DNA of 64,000 bases, from NCBI GenBank assembly GCA_009103225.1, contig RHPI01002402.1:963412-1027411 (forward strand). Direction: 5' to 3'. Source of the stretch: Chlorokybus atmophyticus. Its lineage: Eukaryota; Plantae; Mesostigma and Chlorokybus algae. Positions 36,137-49,300 of the stretch are shown piece after piece (positions within the stretch are counted from its first letter, which is position 1; every line of letters starts with the position of its first letter). Made by a program: the position numbers and the translations under genes. A model generated the notes under the pieces. That model had not been told where the DNA came from. It did no database searches and was given only the letters and a program-made list of their open reading frames with translations.

Positions 36137-36403
36137 GTAACATGCAAGTGCCTGTCACATAGGCTGAGTCACTTAAGTAGCCGATGTGTAACTTGCAGGT
36201 GCCTGTTAATCAGGTATAGTCCTGTTAAGGCCTGATGTGCATCTTACAGATGCCCGTTATGTAGGTATAGCCACCCGTTAATGCCTGATAGGTAACTTAC
36301 ACGTGCCCGTTAATTAGGTCTAGTCACCTGTTAAGGCCTGATAAGTAACTTACAGATGCCTTTTTAATTAGGCATAGTCAACTGTTAAAGACTGAATTGT
36401 AAC
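36137..36403. repeat. degenerate tandem array, 5 x ~53 bp
   Basis: Units start at 36137, 36188, 36239, 36292 and 36345. Consensus approximately GTAACTTACAGATGCCCGTTAATTAGGTATAGTCACCTGTTAAGGCCTGATA. Confidence 0.85.
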
Positions 36404-39400
36404 GGGTAGGGTCTGATGGTAACGAAAGTTATACTTAGGTCTCTGTATTAAGATTGCACGGACTAAGCCACGACAATCCAAATGAGTATCTTCAGGTGCA
36501 CGTCCGTTGATAATACTTGATTAGCCGACAGGCGAAACATTTTGCGACGAGGGGGGGTGGGGGGGTGGGATGTAACAGCGGAAATATCGTATCTTACATT
36601 ACTTAAAAAAATCATTGATTCTTATTAAGCAATAAATAATATTTATTATTTCAATTACATGTCAATGCATGCAACAGGAATTGACACCAATGCAAAAGAT
36701 ATACGAGCGTATCACGCTATCTTTATCATAGACAAGATTCATGAGCTAGTGAAGCGTTGCGTGCAAACTATATACGATATTATTGTGTGATTTTTGCATT
36801 CTATGTGCACATTTGTCATTCAAGTTGATGATTATAATATGTCATCATTGAATAATGCTTCTCATATTAAAATGCAAATGGCATTTATGGTATCACTGAT
36901 GCCGAGGCTATTCGCATGCAAGTCTCGTCTGAAGTAAGCTACAATAGCGCACACATTTGATATAAAAGCTGAAAGGCAAACACGCTCACCACGAGACTCG
37001 CGCTGGTTGCGCAACCAATAGTACTGGCACGGCACCGTAATCAAAAGCAATGACATATGCCAATTGGTGCCAGTCATGGTCACAAACTTGCATTGCCCGC
37101 ACTCGCATGACTGCGGTGCCAATCTTAGCAGCATTGTTACTATTGTTTGTGGTGGTGGTAGAGCAGGCTCACAAGTTCAATAAAAAAGGCAAGTGGCAAT
37201 ACGGACCAAAACGCTTTACACTAATATCGACACAACTTTACAAGACCCATGTGCACTTGAACAAGCCTTCCGTGCCGCTGATCATAAATGCACATGGTAT
37301 ATTATGTTTGAATTACTTTTCAAATCAAGTAAAGTTATTAAGTTGTCAATTTATAAGTCAAATTATATTTTTGTCATATCATCAACCCAACTTGTAATCG
37401 AAATGTGACTTGCATTTAAGGTTAATATATAGCTAATGGGAAGAAGCATAAACATCGCTGGTTTTAAAATCAAACCAGCATAGACATCACCGATTGTGAA
37501 TGCTTGCCAAGCATGCACAGTGGTTGAATGGTGGCCACTACGTCAGCAATAATTTAAGTAGAGCTGCCATTTCAATTGCAGCTGTTCTCAAGCCTTGTTT
37601 GGTATGTTTTGAACTTAAGCAAGAGTCTTCACTGGACTCACGTTGACAATGATGACCGATCGCATACTTGAAACGTGCGTGTCAGTAGACTAAGGTGTGC
37701 TGATTAAATGCATGCCGTATTATTCAACATGGAGAGCAGCGCCGTGGCTGCTGAGGCGAGGGAAGAGAAGCTTCTTGCTGCTGCATAACTTTCTTGTGCT
37801 AATCATTGCATGTTTAAGTCGCATGCACGCGTGCATATCACAAGCTACAACGGCTCATGTCTTCAGTGTGATGACTCAAGTAGCCGCCAACCCAGCCACT
37901 GCCTCGTCAAGTCCGCCTCGACTCCATCTCATGAGCTCTACTGCACCTACCCGTGTTGCTCTCTCAATGGCTGCGTGTGGGTAGGGAGACTTGTGTCGGC
38001 TTTACACTATTCGCTTTACTGTTCAAAGGTTGTCTTCAATATCTCTTGCATATGCAATTGTTAACTTAATTTCAACCAACTTTACCGTGTATGGATACCG
38101 ACTCCAGTATTTCATATATAAACATTATATTGCAATACATTATATTATAATACATTATCATTTAATAAAAGCATACGTCACGTATACGTTGGTGGTATGG
38201 CGTACGAACCCGCCGCCCGCTGCATAGTGCAATGTTGGAATTTTTTGGAGGTAAATATTAACCTTTTATGAACCGTTCAAGCAAGACATGTCATATAATA
38301 TACCTGCTTTGCAAATAAGATTGATCATGTAATACAAATCAAATTGCTTGCTCACGACACTCAGCTTTTCAGAGGACTCCTCTAAGAGGCAGTTTGGAAC
38401 TGCCTGTAACGTTGGGCATTTTACACTATACATGCCACATTGCCATATGAGTAATATCAGGTTGTATCGGCGAGGTCGTCTTTAATCCATCATCAAGCCC
38501 TTTGTAAAGGTTCGTTATCAGACAATGTTGAAAAGTTGATTCGTTCGACATCACGTTGTATCGTCTTACATGTCATCACGCACGACATGCATTGCATGTC
38601 GTAGATGCGAGTGTCACATCTTGCAGAGTTGTTGTTACTACCGGCATATAACTTGAAAGTGATCATGATGTCGCCCCAGATGTATATCAGTGTACTTCAC
38701 GTGCTAAAGCGAGCTCAAGGCTCACGATTTTTAATCGAGTTGTTGCCACACAAGTTCAGCGTGCGTGTGTATTGTGCAAATCAACTTTAAACTCATGTCA
38801 CCTGTTGAACCCACATGTTGTGTAAGCGTTTAAATTGTAATCATGCATTTCCGCACTTCATGTTAAACCAAGTCGAACCCACCAATGCCTCAAAATACAT
38901 CGAAGCAATTGAACCAATTACTTACTCAATTATTTTTTGTTGTATGTATTATCGCACGCTGCAGATCATATGTAACATATGATATGTAGCAATATGAGTT
39001 ACATACATCATATAAATACATAAAACCGTTAGCTAACAAGCTAAAAATGATGGAGTTTAGCTTGTATTACATAAGCACAAATTAAACACTTGCTTATGTT
39101 ATGCCTTATGTAACATACAAATCTTAATAAATCATGACATGATTATTAATAATACATGAGGCATACATAATGTCGTGTGTTTTGCATTATATTATTTAAT
39201 AACAACTGTTCGTCTCGCATAACTATTTATTGCGGTCAACACATTTCGTGCATTTTACATGAAATCAAGTGCGTTCACACATATAACTATCACATTCACG
39301 CAATCTATACAATGTACTGAATAATATATACTGTTCGGCACAAACTATAATATGTATCAAATAGTGTATACTATCATGCATCGTGCAAGCCATTGCAATG

Positions 39401-40365
39401 GCTTGCACGATTGCATATATAACTCTAGAAAACTACATGATACATTACTTGTGAGAAACGTCAAATTGTTGTGAACATCTATCGATGGTTCAAGCTGTGG
39501 TAATGTTTCAACGCCATTAGTGCAATCTCAAACATTCCAGTAGCTGAACCACATGCAGTTGCCCGTATTGTTACATCCGTGGCAAGTCACGTGACGCCTT
39601 AACAAGAACTGCCGCCGAAAAGCTGCCGGTTGCATGGCGCCTGAACGTATTAAGCCCTCAACTAGAAACTTAACTGCGGCGGGAATTTTAGTGCTTTTCA
39701 CAGAAGCCCGATTTCCCAGAACCCAGAAACTCCTTAGACGGACGTTTTGCTTGCTTCGGCGCATTGCCGAGAGGATTGGCGTGGTATTCGCTAAAAATCA
39801 CAGAACGCCATCGAGCTTATAAGGGTTTCTATCGAGCTCCGGTTCGCCTCGTCGAAACCGTTATTGGCGATTTGTCCTCATGCGCGACAGTTAGGGTTAG
39901 TTGGAGGGGGGTGGACAACGCGGCCGAATCAGCAGCCAATTGTGCATTGAATGTCACACACAGCGACTGTGAGGGGGAAAAATAAACAAGTACCTATACC
40001 CACTCTTCCCCGCCAGTGCCTTAGACAGTTATCACAGCGGGCTTCGCCGGCCCCAGGCAAGGCGGCGGCGGCGGCGGCGGCGGCGGAGGAGGAGGAGGAG
40101 CAGCTGGGGCTGCGCCCGTACAGGCGCCAGACAGGCCTTCATAGGCCAGGAGGACCGTCAAGGCTGGGATCGGCGCATGCTGGCCTGCTTGTGACAAGCG
40201 CCCGGAATTAGGGGTTGATTCTTCGAGGTGCATTGAGGGGCAGGCAGCAGCGATCCCCCCTGGTGCAGAGCATGTCATCCCCCCTGTAGTTGCCGTAGTC
40301 GCCCCCTTCCTCCAATGGAAGAAGGAAGCCGGAGAAGACGGCCCCCCCGCCCGGGGGGCGGCCAG

Positions 40366-43300
40366 ATGGCGAGCAAGGCGCTGTTGCTGTTGCTCTGTAC
40401 ACTCTCCGTTGCCTCCGGTAAGTGCATGCGTTGGTCGATTGCACTTGCAACTCAATGCCAAGTTATGATGTACGTATCACTTCCACTTAGAGCACTGTTC
40501 ACGTGTAATCGGCTCACTTGATACTACGCAGTTATAGTGGTGTTCCTGTAGAGATTTGTAACTAGCTGCTTGGTTGTTCATACTTACATGTAAAGCCATT
40601 CCCAAAATGTGTGCTCCATCCGTGTTGAGCTGCTTGGTGTTCGAATTTTCTCCAACAGGTAGCTGCTAAGTGGCTTCAGGTGCCCTTCAGTCTTGTCTCG
40701 CTCAGTTGTGCTACAAGAACCACCTTCATTTGCAGTTGTAGAAGTTTCAAAGCACAGACACATTTGTCAGGGAGCTATGCGTGTCGATAAAGGTCTCATT
40801 CTCTTGCACAAGTTGGCAGTGGCAGTGACTGACGGTGAGATCAATACACAGCCACGCATTTCCGCTACGGTACCATCTACTGGGAGCCCAAGCCGGGTGC
40901 GGACGCGTCAACGCAGTACCAGGTGCAGTTCACATTCCAGGCGGCGTTCCGCCGGGACTACACATGGGGCAAGTTCTTCGACGAGCTGTGGTCATCGGAT
41001 GGTGTGCACTGGCACTCGGGTGTGCCCGACACGCCCATCACCACTGTGCCACCCGCGAACATCATCACTGACCCGAACACCTTCCTCCAGGTGGGCCATC
41101 ACACTTATCTGAAGATGGTGCATATGTATGCTTGCTCACTGGCTTGACTCAGCACATATGAGCATCACTAGTTGCAGTGTTTACAGCCCNNNNNNNNNNN
41201 NNNNNNNNNNNNNNNNNNNNNNNNNNNNNNNNNNNNNNNNNNNNNNNNNNNNNNNNNNNNNNNNNNNNNNNNNNNNNNNNNNNNNNNNNNNNNNNNNNNN
41301 NNNNNNNNNNNNNNNNNNNNNNNNNNNNNNNNNNNNNNNNNNNNNNNNNNNNNNNNNNNNNNNNNNNNNNNNNNNNNNNNNNNNNNNNNNNNNNNNNNNN
41401 NNNNNNNNNNNNNNNNNNNNNNNNNNNNNNNNNNNNNNNNNNNNNNNNNNNNNNNNNNNNNNNNNNNNNNNNNNNNNNNNNNNNNNNNNNNNNNNNNNNN
41501 NNNNNNNNNNNNNNNNNNNNNNNNNNNNNNNNNNNNNNNNNNNNNNNNNNNNNNNNNNNNNNNNNNNNNNNNNNNNNNNNNNNNNNNNNNNNNNNNNNNN
41601 NNNNNNNNNNNNNNNNNNNNNNNNNNNNNNNNNNNNNNNNNNNNNNNNNNNNNNNNNNNNNNNNNNNNNNNNNNNNNNNNNNNNNNNNNNNNNNNNNNNN
41701 NNNNNNNNNNNNNNNNNNNNNNNNNNNNNNNNNNNNNNNNNNNNNNNNNNNNNNNNNNNNNNNNNNNNNNNNNNNNNNNNNNNNNNNNNNNNNNNNNNNN
41801 NNNNNNNNNNNNNNNNNNNNNNNNNNNNNNNNNNNNNNNNNNNNNNNNNNNNNNNNNNNNNNNNNNNNNNNNNNNNNNNNNNNNNNNNNNNNNNNNNNNN
41901 NNNNNNNNNNNNNNNNNNNNNNNNNNNNNNNNNNNNNNNNNNNNNNNNNNNNNNNNNNNNNNNNNNNNNNNNNNNNNNNNNNNNNNNNNNNNNNNNNNNN
42001 NNNNNNNNNNNNNNNNNCCCCCATGGGGTGCGCGAGCCCCTATGTGGCTCAACGTGCTTGCCATTGTCAATGACTCATCATGAGTGTGGTAAACTACTAT
42101 GTAACACGCACATCTCTTTGTGAGCAGTTCCCGTCAGGAACGACGTACGACAACCCAAACAACCCATACTACTTGCGGTTTCCAGTGGGAAGGGGTCTGG
42201 GTTCGGCGTTCCCGCTGCTGCCGGCGAGCGGCACAACGCAGGCGTGCCCTCACGGCCCCTGCCAGTGCACGTCGTACAACGATCCCGGTGACAGCCCCGA
42301 CTGCCCTAACGGCATTTCCGTTGGCACTGTGGTTCAGTTCTCTGAGCCGGTGCTGGCTGCGCTGTACCCGAGCGGCCTTCCTTGTGAAGCTGGACCAAAT
42401 GATCAGCCCGACTACTGCACGCCATGGTCGCAGGTTGGATGTTCAGCACTGTATTCAACACTTGCACTTTCGTTGCTTGCATTTGCACAGCGCGTTCACG
42501 GCTCATATGGACGACGAGTTTGGAGTGGGTTCTAAAGCACAGGTGCTGGCAGGTTTTTGGTTTCTTCTATGGTGATGGAGCCACGCAAGAAGTTGCGATG
42601 GCCATCAACCAGGTGGACTTCACCTCAAGCAAAGCCGGCAACTTCATTCGTGGCAAGGCCGTGTTCACGCATAACTATGCCACTGCAAAGAAGTCTGCCA
42701 CCGAGCCGTGGCTAGCCTACTTCACCGGAGGCAACCGTCTCGTCAACCTCAACAACAACCCGAATGGTCGCTTCCGTTTGGAAGTCACTGTCAACGTGCA
42801 GGGATCCAACAACTCACCGCGTCCCACACAGGTGTGCGACAGTTTTTCCAGTTGAATACCATGGCATGTACCAAGCTGCTTGAGAGCTTCTCACGTGCGT
42901 ACACCTTGTGATTGCAGATTCCCGTGTTGCCTCAACCCTATGTGGGCCGCGCTGACGGCATGGCAAAGTTCCAAATTGCTGCATTTGATCCGGACTTGAT
43001 CTCTCAAGGCGAGGGTGAACTTGCCAACCAGCCCATGTACTACCGGCTGGGTACCAGGATCGAGTAAGTGCGATGCCTATGTTTCAGTAAATCACAACAG
43101 CCGCAATAGTTACTTGACAGTCACTCACTGCACGATACACTGCTTTAGGTATGGTGCATTGATGGGTAACCCGGTTTTCAACCCTACAACCATGACGTGG
43201 TGGCCGTGGGTGTACGAGGCGCAGCGCGCTCAGTTCAACCCATCGTTGCCTGCCTGGGTCGACAGCGTGAACTACGCCACCAACCCAGATTACCTTGTCA

Positions 43301-46300
43301 TTGATGAACTGACGGGTATTGTGACTTGGGAGACGGGTATCGGCCCGTTCCAGATTGACGCTGCATCCTATCAGGATGGCAGTCCCGCTCCCAACCCTCC
43401 CCGTCAGCCCATGAAGTCCGGCTTCTACAACTTGGTGGTCATGGTGAGTGCTCTTGTCAAAGTCTCATGTACTTTTCTCAAGGTGAATATGTTGAAACAG
43501 TTGATGCGCAGGTTTCAGGTCCAGCAAATGATGCGTCCGCTGCTTACATGAACGGCCCGATGAAGGGCAACATCTCCACACCGCTGGACTTCCTCATCTA
43601 CCTTTACCCGTCGATGCACTACTGTGCGATCGATTGCCAGAATGTCCTCGGTGGCATTCAAACGTTCCGCGACTCCGACGGGTTCTACGGAGACCCCCAC
43701 ACGGCCCCTTTTGTCTACAACGGGCCGGGCACCGGTCAGTGCACCATCTGTGGAGGAGGTGAGGAGAACACCACTGTGGTCCGAGACTACACGCTCTGCC
43801 AACCGGTAGTGCCTGGACACACCCTGAGCGGCGCCGACAGCTGCCCAACTGGCACCAGCTGCCCCGGTGTTGTTGTCGATGCCAATGATGCCCTTCTGAA
43901 CAAAGACGTCGACTGCAGCAACTTGGCACAGACTCTGCCCAACCCTGTCTTGCCGCTGTCGATTGTTCCCGCCGTTCCTTCCTGCAAGATGAACACGTAA
44001 GTTGCAAAATGCTGTTCAATGTGTACTCCATTTCGGTTATGCAAGTGTAGACTCACGCATCCTACTTGCACAGTCCGCCTTACTGGGTGGAGTCGGTGGT
44101 TGCTGATGACGGTTTGACGCCCAAAAACGTGGAGTGCATCCCACCCACCTCCACTTGCCCCATTCCGCGAGCCTTGTTCCGCAAGCGCGTGGGCAGCACT
44201 GTCACCTTCGACCTGGTTGCGCGCGACGACGATGAGTGCGTGGAGCTGCAGATCATTGATGTGGGCCTCTACACGGGCATGGTTCTTGGCGACCACGTTC
44301 GCGATGATGAGCGACAGGTATACATACCATTGCTCACCTGGATTCACGTGTGCTAGTCATAAGTCATAGGCTCCACATTGGGATGATGTTTACACGTTGA
44401 TGATCTGATGAATGTTGCTGACTAACATGTCAACCTCTAAAGGTGCGTCGGACATTTACATGGGCGCCAATCTTTGAGACCATCAATGGTGTGGACACTG
44501 ATGTGCGCCCGAGGGATGTGGCGGTCTGTTTCCTAACCACGGACAACTACATCGTTTCCGAGTTCCGTTGCGTCCACATCACATTGTACGAGGACAAGCC
44601 GCTGTACTGGATGGATCAGCGCACGTGGCCGACTCCCGCATTGCACAGCGCGTTTGGCACTCTCCCCACGGCAGTGACACCCTTCAACAACACCAAGTTT
44701 TACGTCACCGCCAACAACACGCTGAGCTTCATGCTCGCCGCCAAGCAGGGCTCCGGTTACGGGCCCATCCGCATCAGCCTCAGCCAGGGAGAGCTCCCAG
44801 ATGGCGCCGAGTTCATCGACCATGTCAGCGATCCCTCCACAAAGACCTTTACATGGACGCCAGCCTCGTCGCAGGAGTGCGAATATCAGCTGTGCTTCAC
44901 CGCGCAGAACAGCCGCAGCCCGGCCGAGTGGGGATCCACACTGCAGGGCCCGTGCGACCCGGCTGATGGCACATACTGCGACGAGCGCTGCTACACCATT
45001 GTCGTCACCGACATGGCCGCCAGCTTTGAGTCCGGCGCATACGTGTTGGCGGATGAGGTCCTCCCGTCTCTCACGGCGGAGTGCGGCATGTCCATGGGCG
45101 CGTGGTTCTTGTTTGAGGAGGTGGGCGCCGCCGCGCAACCAATCCTTACAGCCGGTTACACCCCTGACAGCGATCTTGAATTCATTGTCGTGCACCAGCT
45201 CCTGTGGGAGCCCGTGTACCCTCTCATCTTTGATGATGGCATGAACAACAAGACCCTCGGCAGCTACTATCAGCTGGTGTACGTCAACGGCACCGATGTG
45301 AATCAGACAACCCTCAGCACTGAGCCTCTGTACTGCGACGGCGAGTGGCACTTTGCCATGCTCACCATTGATCCCGCCGGCCTGGTGACTATCTACTTGG
45401 ACGGCGTGCAGTACGTTCAGTATGCCATTGATAGCCGTGAGCACTACCCATGGTCAACGGAGTCTACCAACGCCGACATGATTAACGGCAAGGTCGGTGT
45501 GGTTGGTTCGGTGCTTGAAACCATTGGCGGCGCAGAAGGCCACTTCTTCATTGGCTCGGTGTACAACCAGACAACAGCCGGCCTGATTGATGAGGTCCGC
45601 ATCTACAGCAGGTCGCTGAACGCAGACGAGATCTTTGAGCGATTTACCCATCACCTGGATGCTTCAGAAGAGGTTGGCCTTGTTGGGTACTACAAGTTCA
45701 ATGAGGGCGCCCCCGACGGGTTCTACCAGTACCCGCAGACGGACGGTTCTGCACCGGCTAACCCTGGCACTGCGGAGTTCATTGTTGAGGCGACTAACTT
45801 TGTCATCGTGGACTCCTCGGGCTCAGGCAACAATGCTCGCTGGAACGGGACTGGCGTGTACACGTACGAGTGGACCCCAACTCCACTCACACAGACTTGC
45901 CCACTGCGCGTGTCAATTGAAGATGGCCCCCCTGTTGCACACGTTCACGGTGGACAGCAGTTGACGGTGACGGGAGTCAACTTTGCTCGCAGCAACTGGC
46001 TGAAAGTCAGGGTCGGGACGGAAGTCATTCCTGCCAAGTGGATCTCCAACACTAAGATCCAAGCCATCACTCCTGACTCCACACCATGCTCGCCCCCTGT
46101 TGATGCCAGCAACAACGGCTTTGACTTCAGTGACAACCAGGTATGTCAAAGCCCTTGTGCATGGTTGTGTGCGTATACGCAACCACTGTTAACATACTCC
46201 TCAAGCTTCTGTCAGTTGCTCATATAACGAATGTGATACTCAGGTTCCGCTGTACTATCTGGAAGAGGCCATGCGGTTCAATGGTGTTGATCAGTTTGTC

Positions 46301-49300
46301 AACTCTGACACTGTCAGCCATGACCTCAACAGCACGTTCACAGGATACTCTGTGGGTGGCTGGGTGTATCCACAGGTACTCCTTGATAGGTTTGGGTACA
46401 AGCACCTATTGAAACAAGTAGTAGTCATCAATGCTTACACATTGTTGTTGATGTGTTACAGAGCGGCATGGCCAAGGACAGCATCGTCTTCATGTGGACA
46501 AGCAAGCTGACCCCTGAGCCCCCCTCACCACCTCCGCCTCCGTCTCCTCCTCCACCCAGCCCACCGCCGCCCTCACCTCCTCCGCCTTCCCCACCTCCTC
46601 CTACCCCTCCTCCACCAAGCCCGCGCCCTCCACCTCCTCCACCACCTCCCTCACCTCACCCGCCACCTCCACCTTCCCCACCTCCTCCACAACAGGGTGG
46701 TCGTCGCCTTCTGGAGTTTGAGAATGTCATCAGCGCAGAAGGAATCGCAGTGTACTACCAAACCGACAACACCTTTGCATATGTTGATCGCACGCGCGAA
46801 GGCACGGTGCAGTTCCAGGCCGGAAATATCGTGGCTGCCGCTGATGAATGGCACTACGTCATGCTTACTGTCCACAGCGATGGGTCAGCCAGCCTATATG
46901 TTGATGGTCTCCTCGACACCAACATTACGACGCAGCTTTTCCCAGAGGCCATCCCTCTCTGTGAGCTCCACATCGGTTGCACCTATCAATTCCACCACGC
47001 GCCGCCGTCTCCCTCTCCACCTCCTCCCTCTCCACCCCCCCACCCCCCNNNNNNNNNNNNNNNNNNNNNNNNNNNNNNNNNNNNNNNNNNNNNNNNNNNN
47101 CCTCCCCCTCCACCACCCTCCCCGCCCCCACCCTCGCCGCCGCCTTCACCCCCACCACCCTCTCCTCCCCCTCCACCGAACCCGCCTCCGCCGGATCAGG
47201 GAGGCCGCCGCAGGCTGCTGGCTTACTCCGATGGCATTGGCCACTGCTTCAAGGGCATGGTGGAGGAGGTGACTGTTTGGAAGCGCGCGTTGACGGCGTG
47301 CGAGGTGCAGGCTATCATGTGGACCGGCAACGTCACACGCGGAGCCCTCAGCCCCAGCTGCAGCACTGTGCAGCCCGATGCAGTGAAGGATCAGATCGCG
47401 CGCTACGCGTTCAACGACTTTGTGGGCAGCATCGTATCGGACAGCTCGCGCTACAACAACCCAGCCTTGGCTGTTCATGCGTTCGACGGCGCCACCAATG
47501 AGGAGCCGCTCTGGACCATGACCACCGTGCCATTCTTGCCGCCTTGCGTTCTGCAAGCTGCCAAGGCACGTGACCAGACATGGTGCGCCCCCACCAACCT
47601 GTGGAGTTACGTGCCCAACGCCATTGACTCTGGCGCCTGGACTGGACCAACACCTGCACCCACACCGACTGGGTAAGTTGTCACAACTGGGCATGTGCAA
47701 TGCCTGGTTGTTAAACTGTTGAACTTACCACTGCCATATCTGCAGGTGCGGCGAGTACTACGAGAGTCTGTTGCTGCAGACCATCCCTATTGATGGCCAC
47801 GACCAAGTTACTATGCTCGGCTTTGGCTATGCAAAGAGTCAGTGGCTGCACTGCTCTCTTGAGGATGAGCTAATCCCGGCCACGTTTGTGGCTTTCGATC
47901 GCATCGAGTGCAACATACCTGGCCAAGACACGCCTGGAGAATACCGTTTAAGCATCACCAACAACGCCGCAGAGAAGGGCACACAAATCCCCTACCCATG
48001 CGAGAGTCAAAACACCACCGGCGCCGTCGTGCCAGTATACACCACTCCCGAGTGGCTGACAGTGATGGAGATGGCGTTGTACTTTGACGGTGCTGATGAC
48101 TATGTTGATTCGCCTTGGGCAAACAACGCCGCCTCCAACACTCCCTTCTCCGGCATCACGATGGGAGCCTGGTTCTACCCTATTGATGATAGCATCTGCC
48201 AGGAACAGCCGGTGCTTTGCTTCGCAGCTCCCTGTGCAGGCAACCAAGGCTCAGACGTCCCGCTGCAAGTATGCATCATGTACAAGAACCAGCGAGTGTA
48301 CTTGTACTCAGACATGGAGGTCTACTACGGAGCCGAGAACCTCAATTACAAATACAATGAAACAGTCAGCATTGAGGCGGTGATTGATGAGTGGCACTAC
48401 GCTGAGGTGGTCATCAACAACACGCAGATTGATCTGCCCACCGACATGTCTGACTTTGCATACGAAGCAGCACTCATGGTGGATGGCGTGAAGCTCAACT
48501 TTTCCATTCCATTTGCCATGGATGGTGTGCCTGAGGCCGGTGGCAACTTCTACGTTGGTGGTGTCTGGTGTGGCCTGGCACCACCATCACCATCACCTCC
48601 CCCTCCTCCGCCCCCACCATTCCCTCCTCCGCCCTCTCCACCACCACCACCACCTCCACCCACACCCAACCCGCCACCCCCACNNNNNNNNNNNNNNNNN
48701 NNNNNNNNNNNNNNNNNNNNNNNNNNNNNNNNNNNNNNNNNNNNNNNNNNNNNNNNNNNNNNNNNNNNNNNNNNNNNNNNNNNNNNNNNNNGTCGATCAG
48801 GGCTCCTCCCCCACCTCCACCTCCTCCACCTCCACCCCCACCTTCCCCACCCCCACCTGATCAGGGCGGTCGCCGCCGCTTGCTCGCGTCTCCCGGCGGC
48901 GGCAGCGGCGGCATCACCGACCTCGGCCACTGCAATGCAGACTCAAGGAAGTTTTTCAAGGGCTTCATTGATGAAGTGCGTGTGTTCGCCTCTCCAGACA
49001 TGGCTCGCGACACGCAGACCATGTTTGCACGCGTGCCTGAGAGCGAGTACGACACTGCGCCAATAGTGTACTATCGCATGAACCCGAGCACTGGTGACAG
49101 CCAGCAGTTGTACACGTTCACGCCCACTGAAGATGTGCAAGGTGTGCTCGACAGCTTCCGCACGGGCAACCAGGGCGAGCGCGAGCAGGGCACCGCTCAG
49201 TTCGTCATCAACAACGAGCCAGGCTACATGTACATCACCGCTCCATGGGAGGCTTCTTCAACATCGTACCTCAGTGAAGCTGCTACCATGCAGCTTGATG

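Noticed and set aside
36137-36403. CRISPR array
   Set aside because: Whole units are degenerate copies with no unique spacers, the context is eukaryotic, and there are no cas genes.
21244-37200. stop-codon reassignment (TAA/TAG to Gln) or special C-to-T hypermutation
   Set aside because: Intact host genes here end in TAA and TAG, and TGA also interrupts frames. Every stop codon is trivially one C-to-T change from CAA/CAG/CGA, so the pattern is uninformative. Ordinary pseudogene decay suffices.
37193-37260. Penelope-type RT motif (TLYTNI)
   Set aside because: It lacks the preceding D-F/V-x-S context and any other RT motif.
41128-42123. ~300-aa ORFs of X residues
   Set aside because: Artefacts of the N gap.
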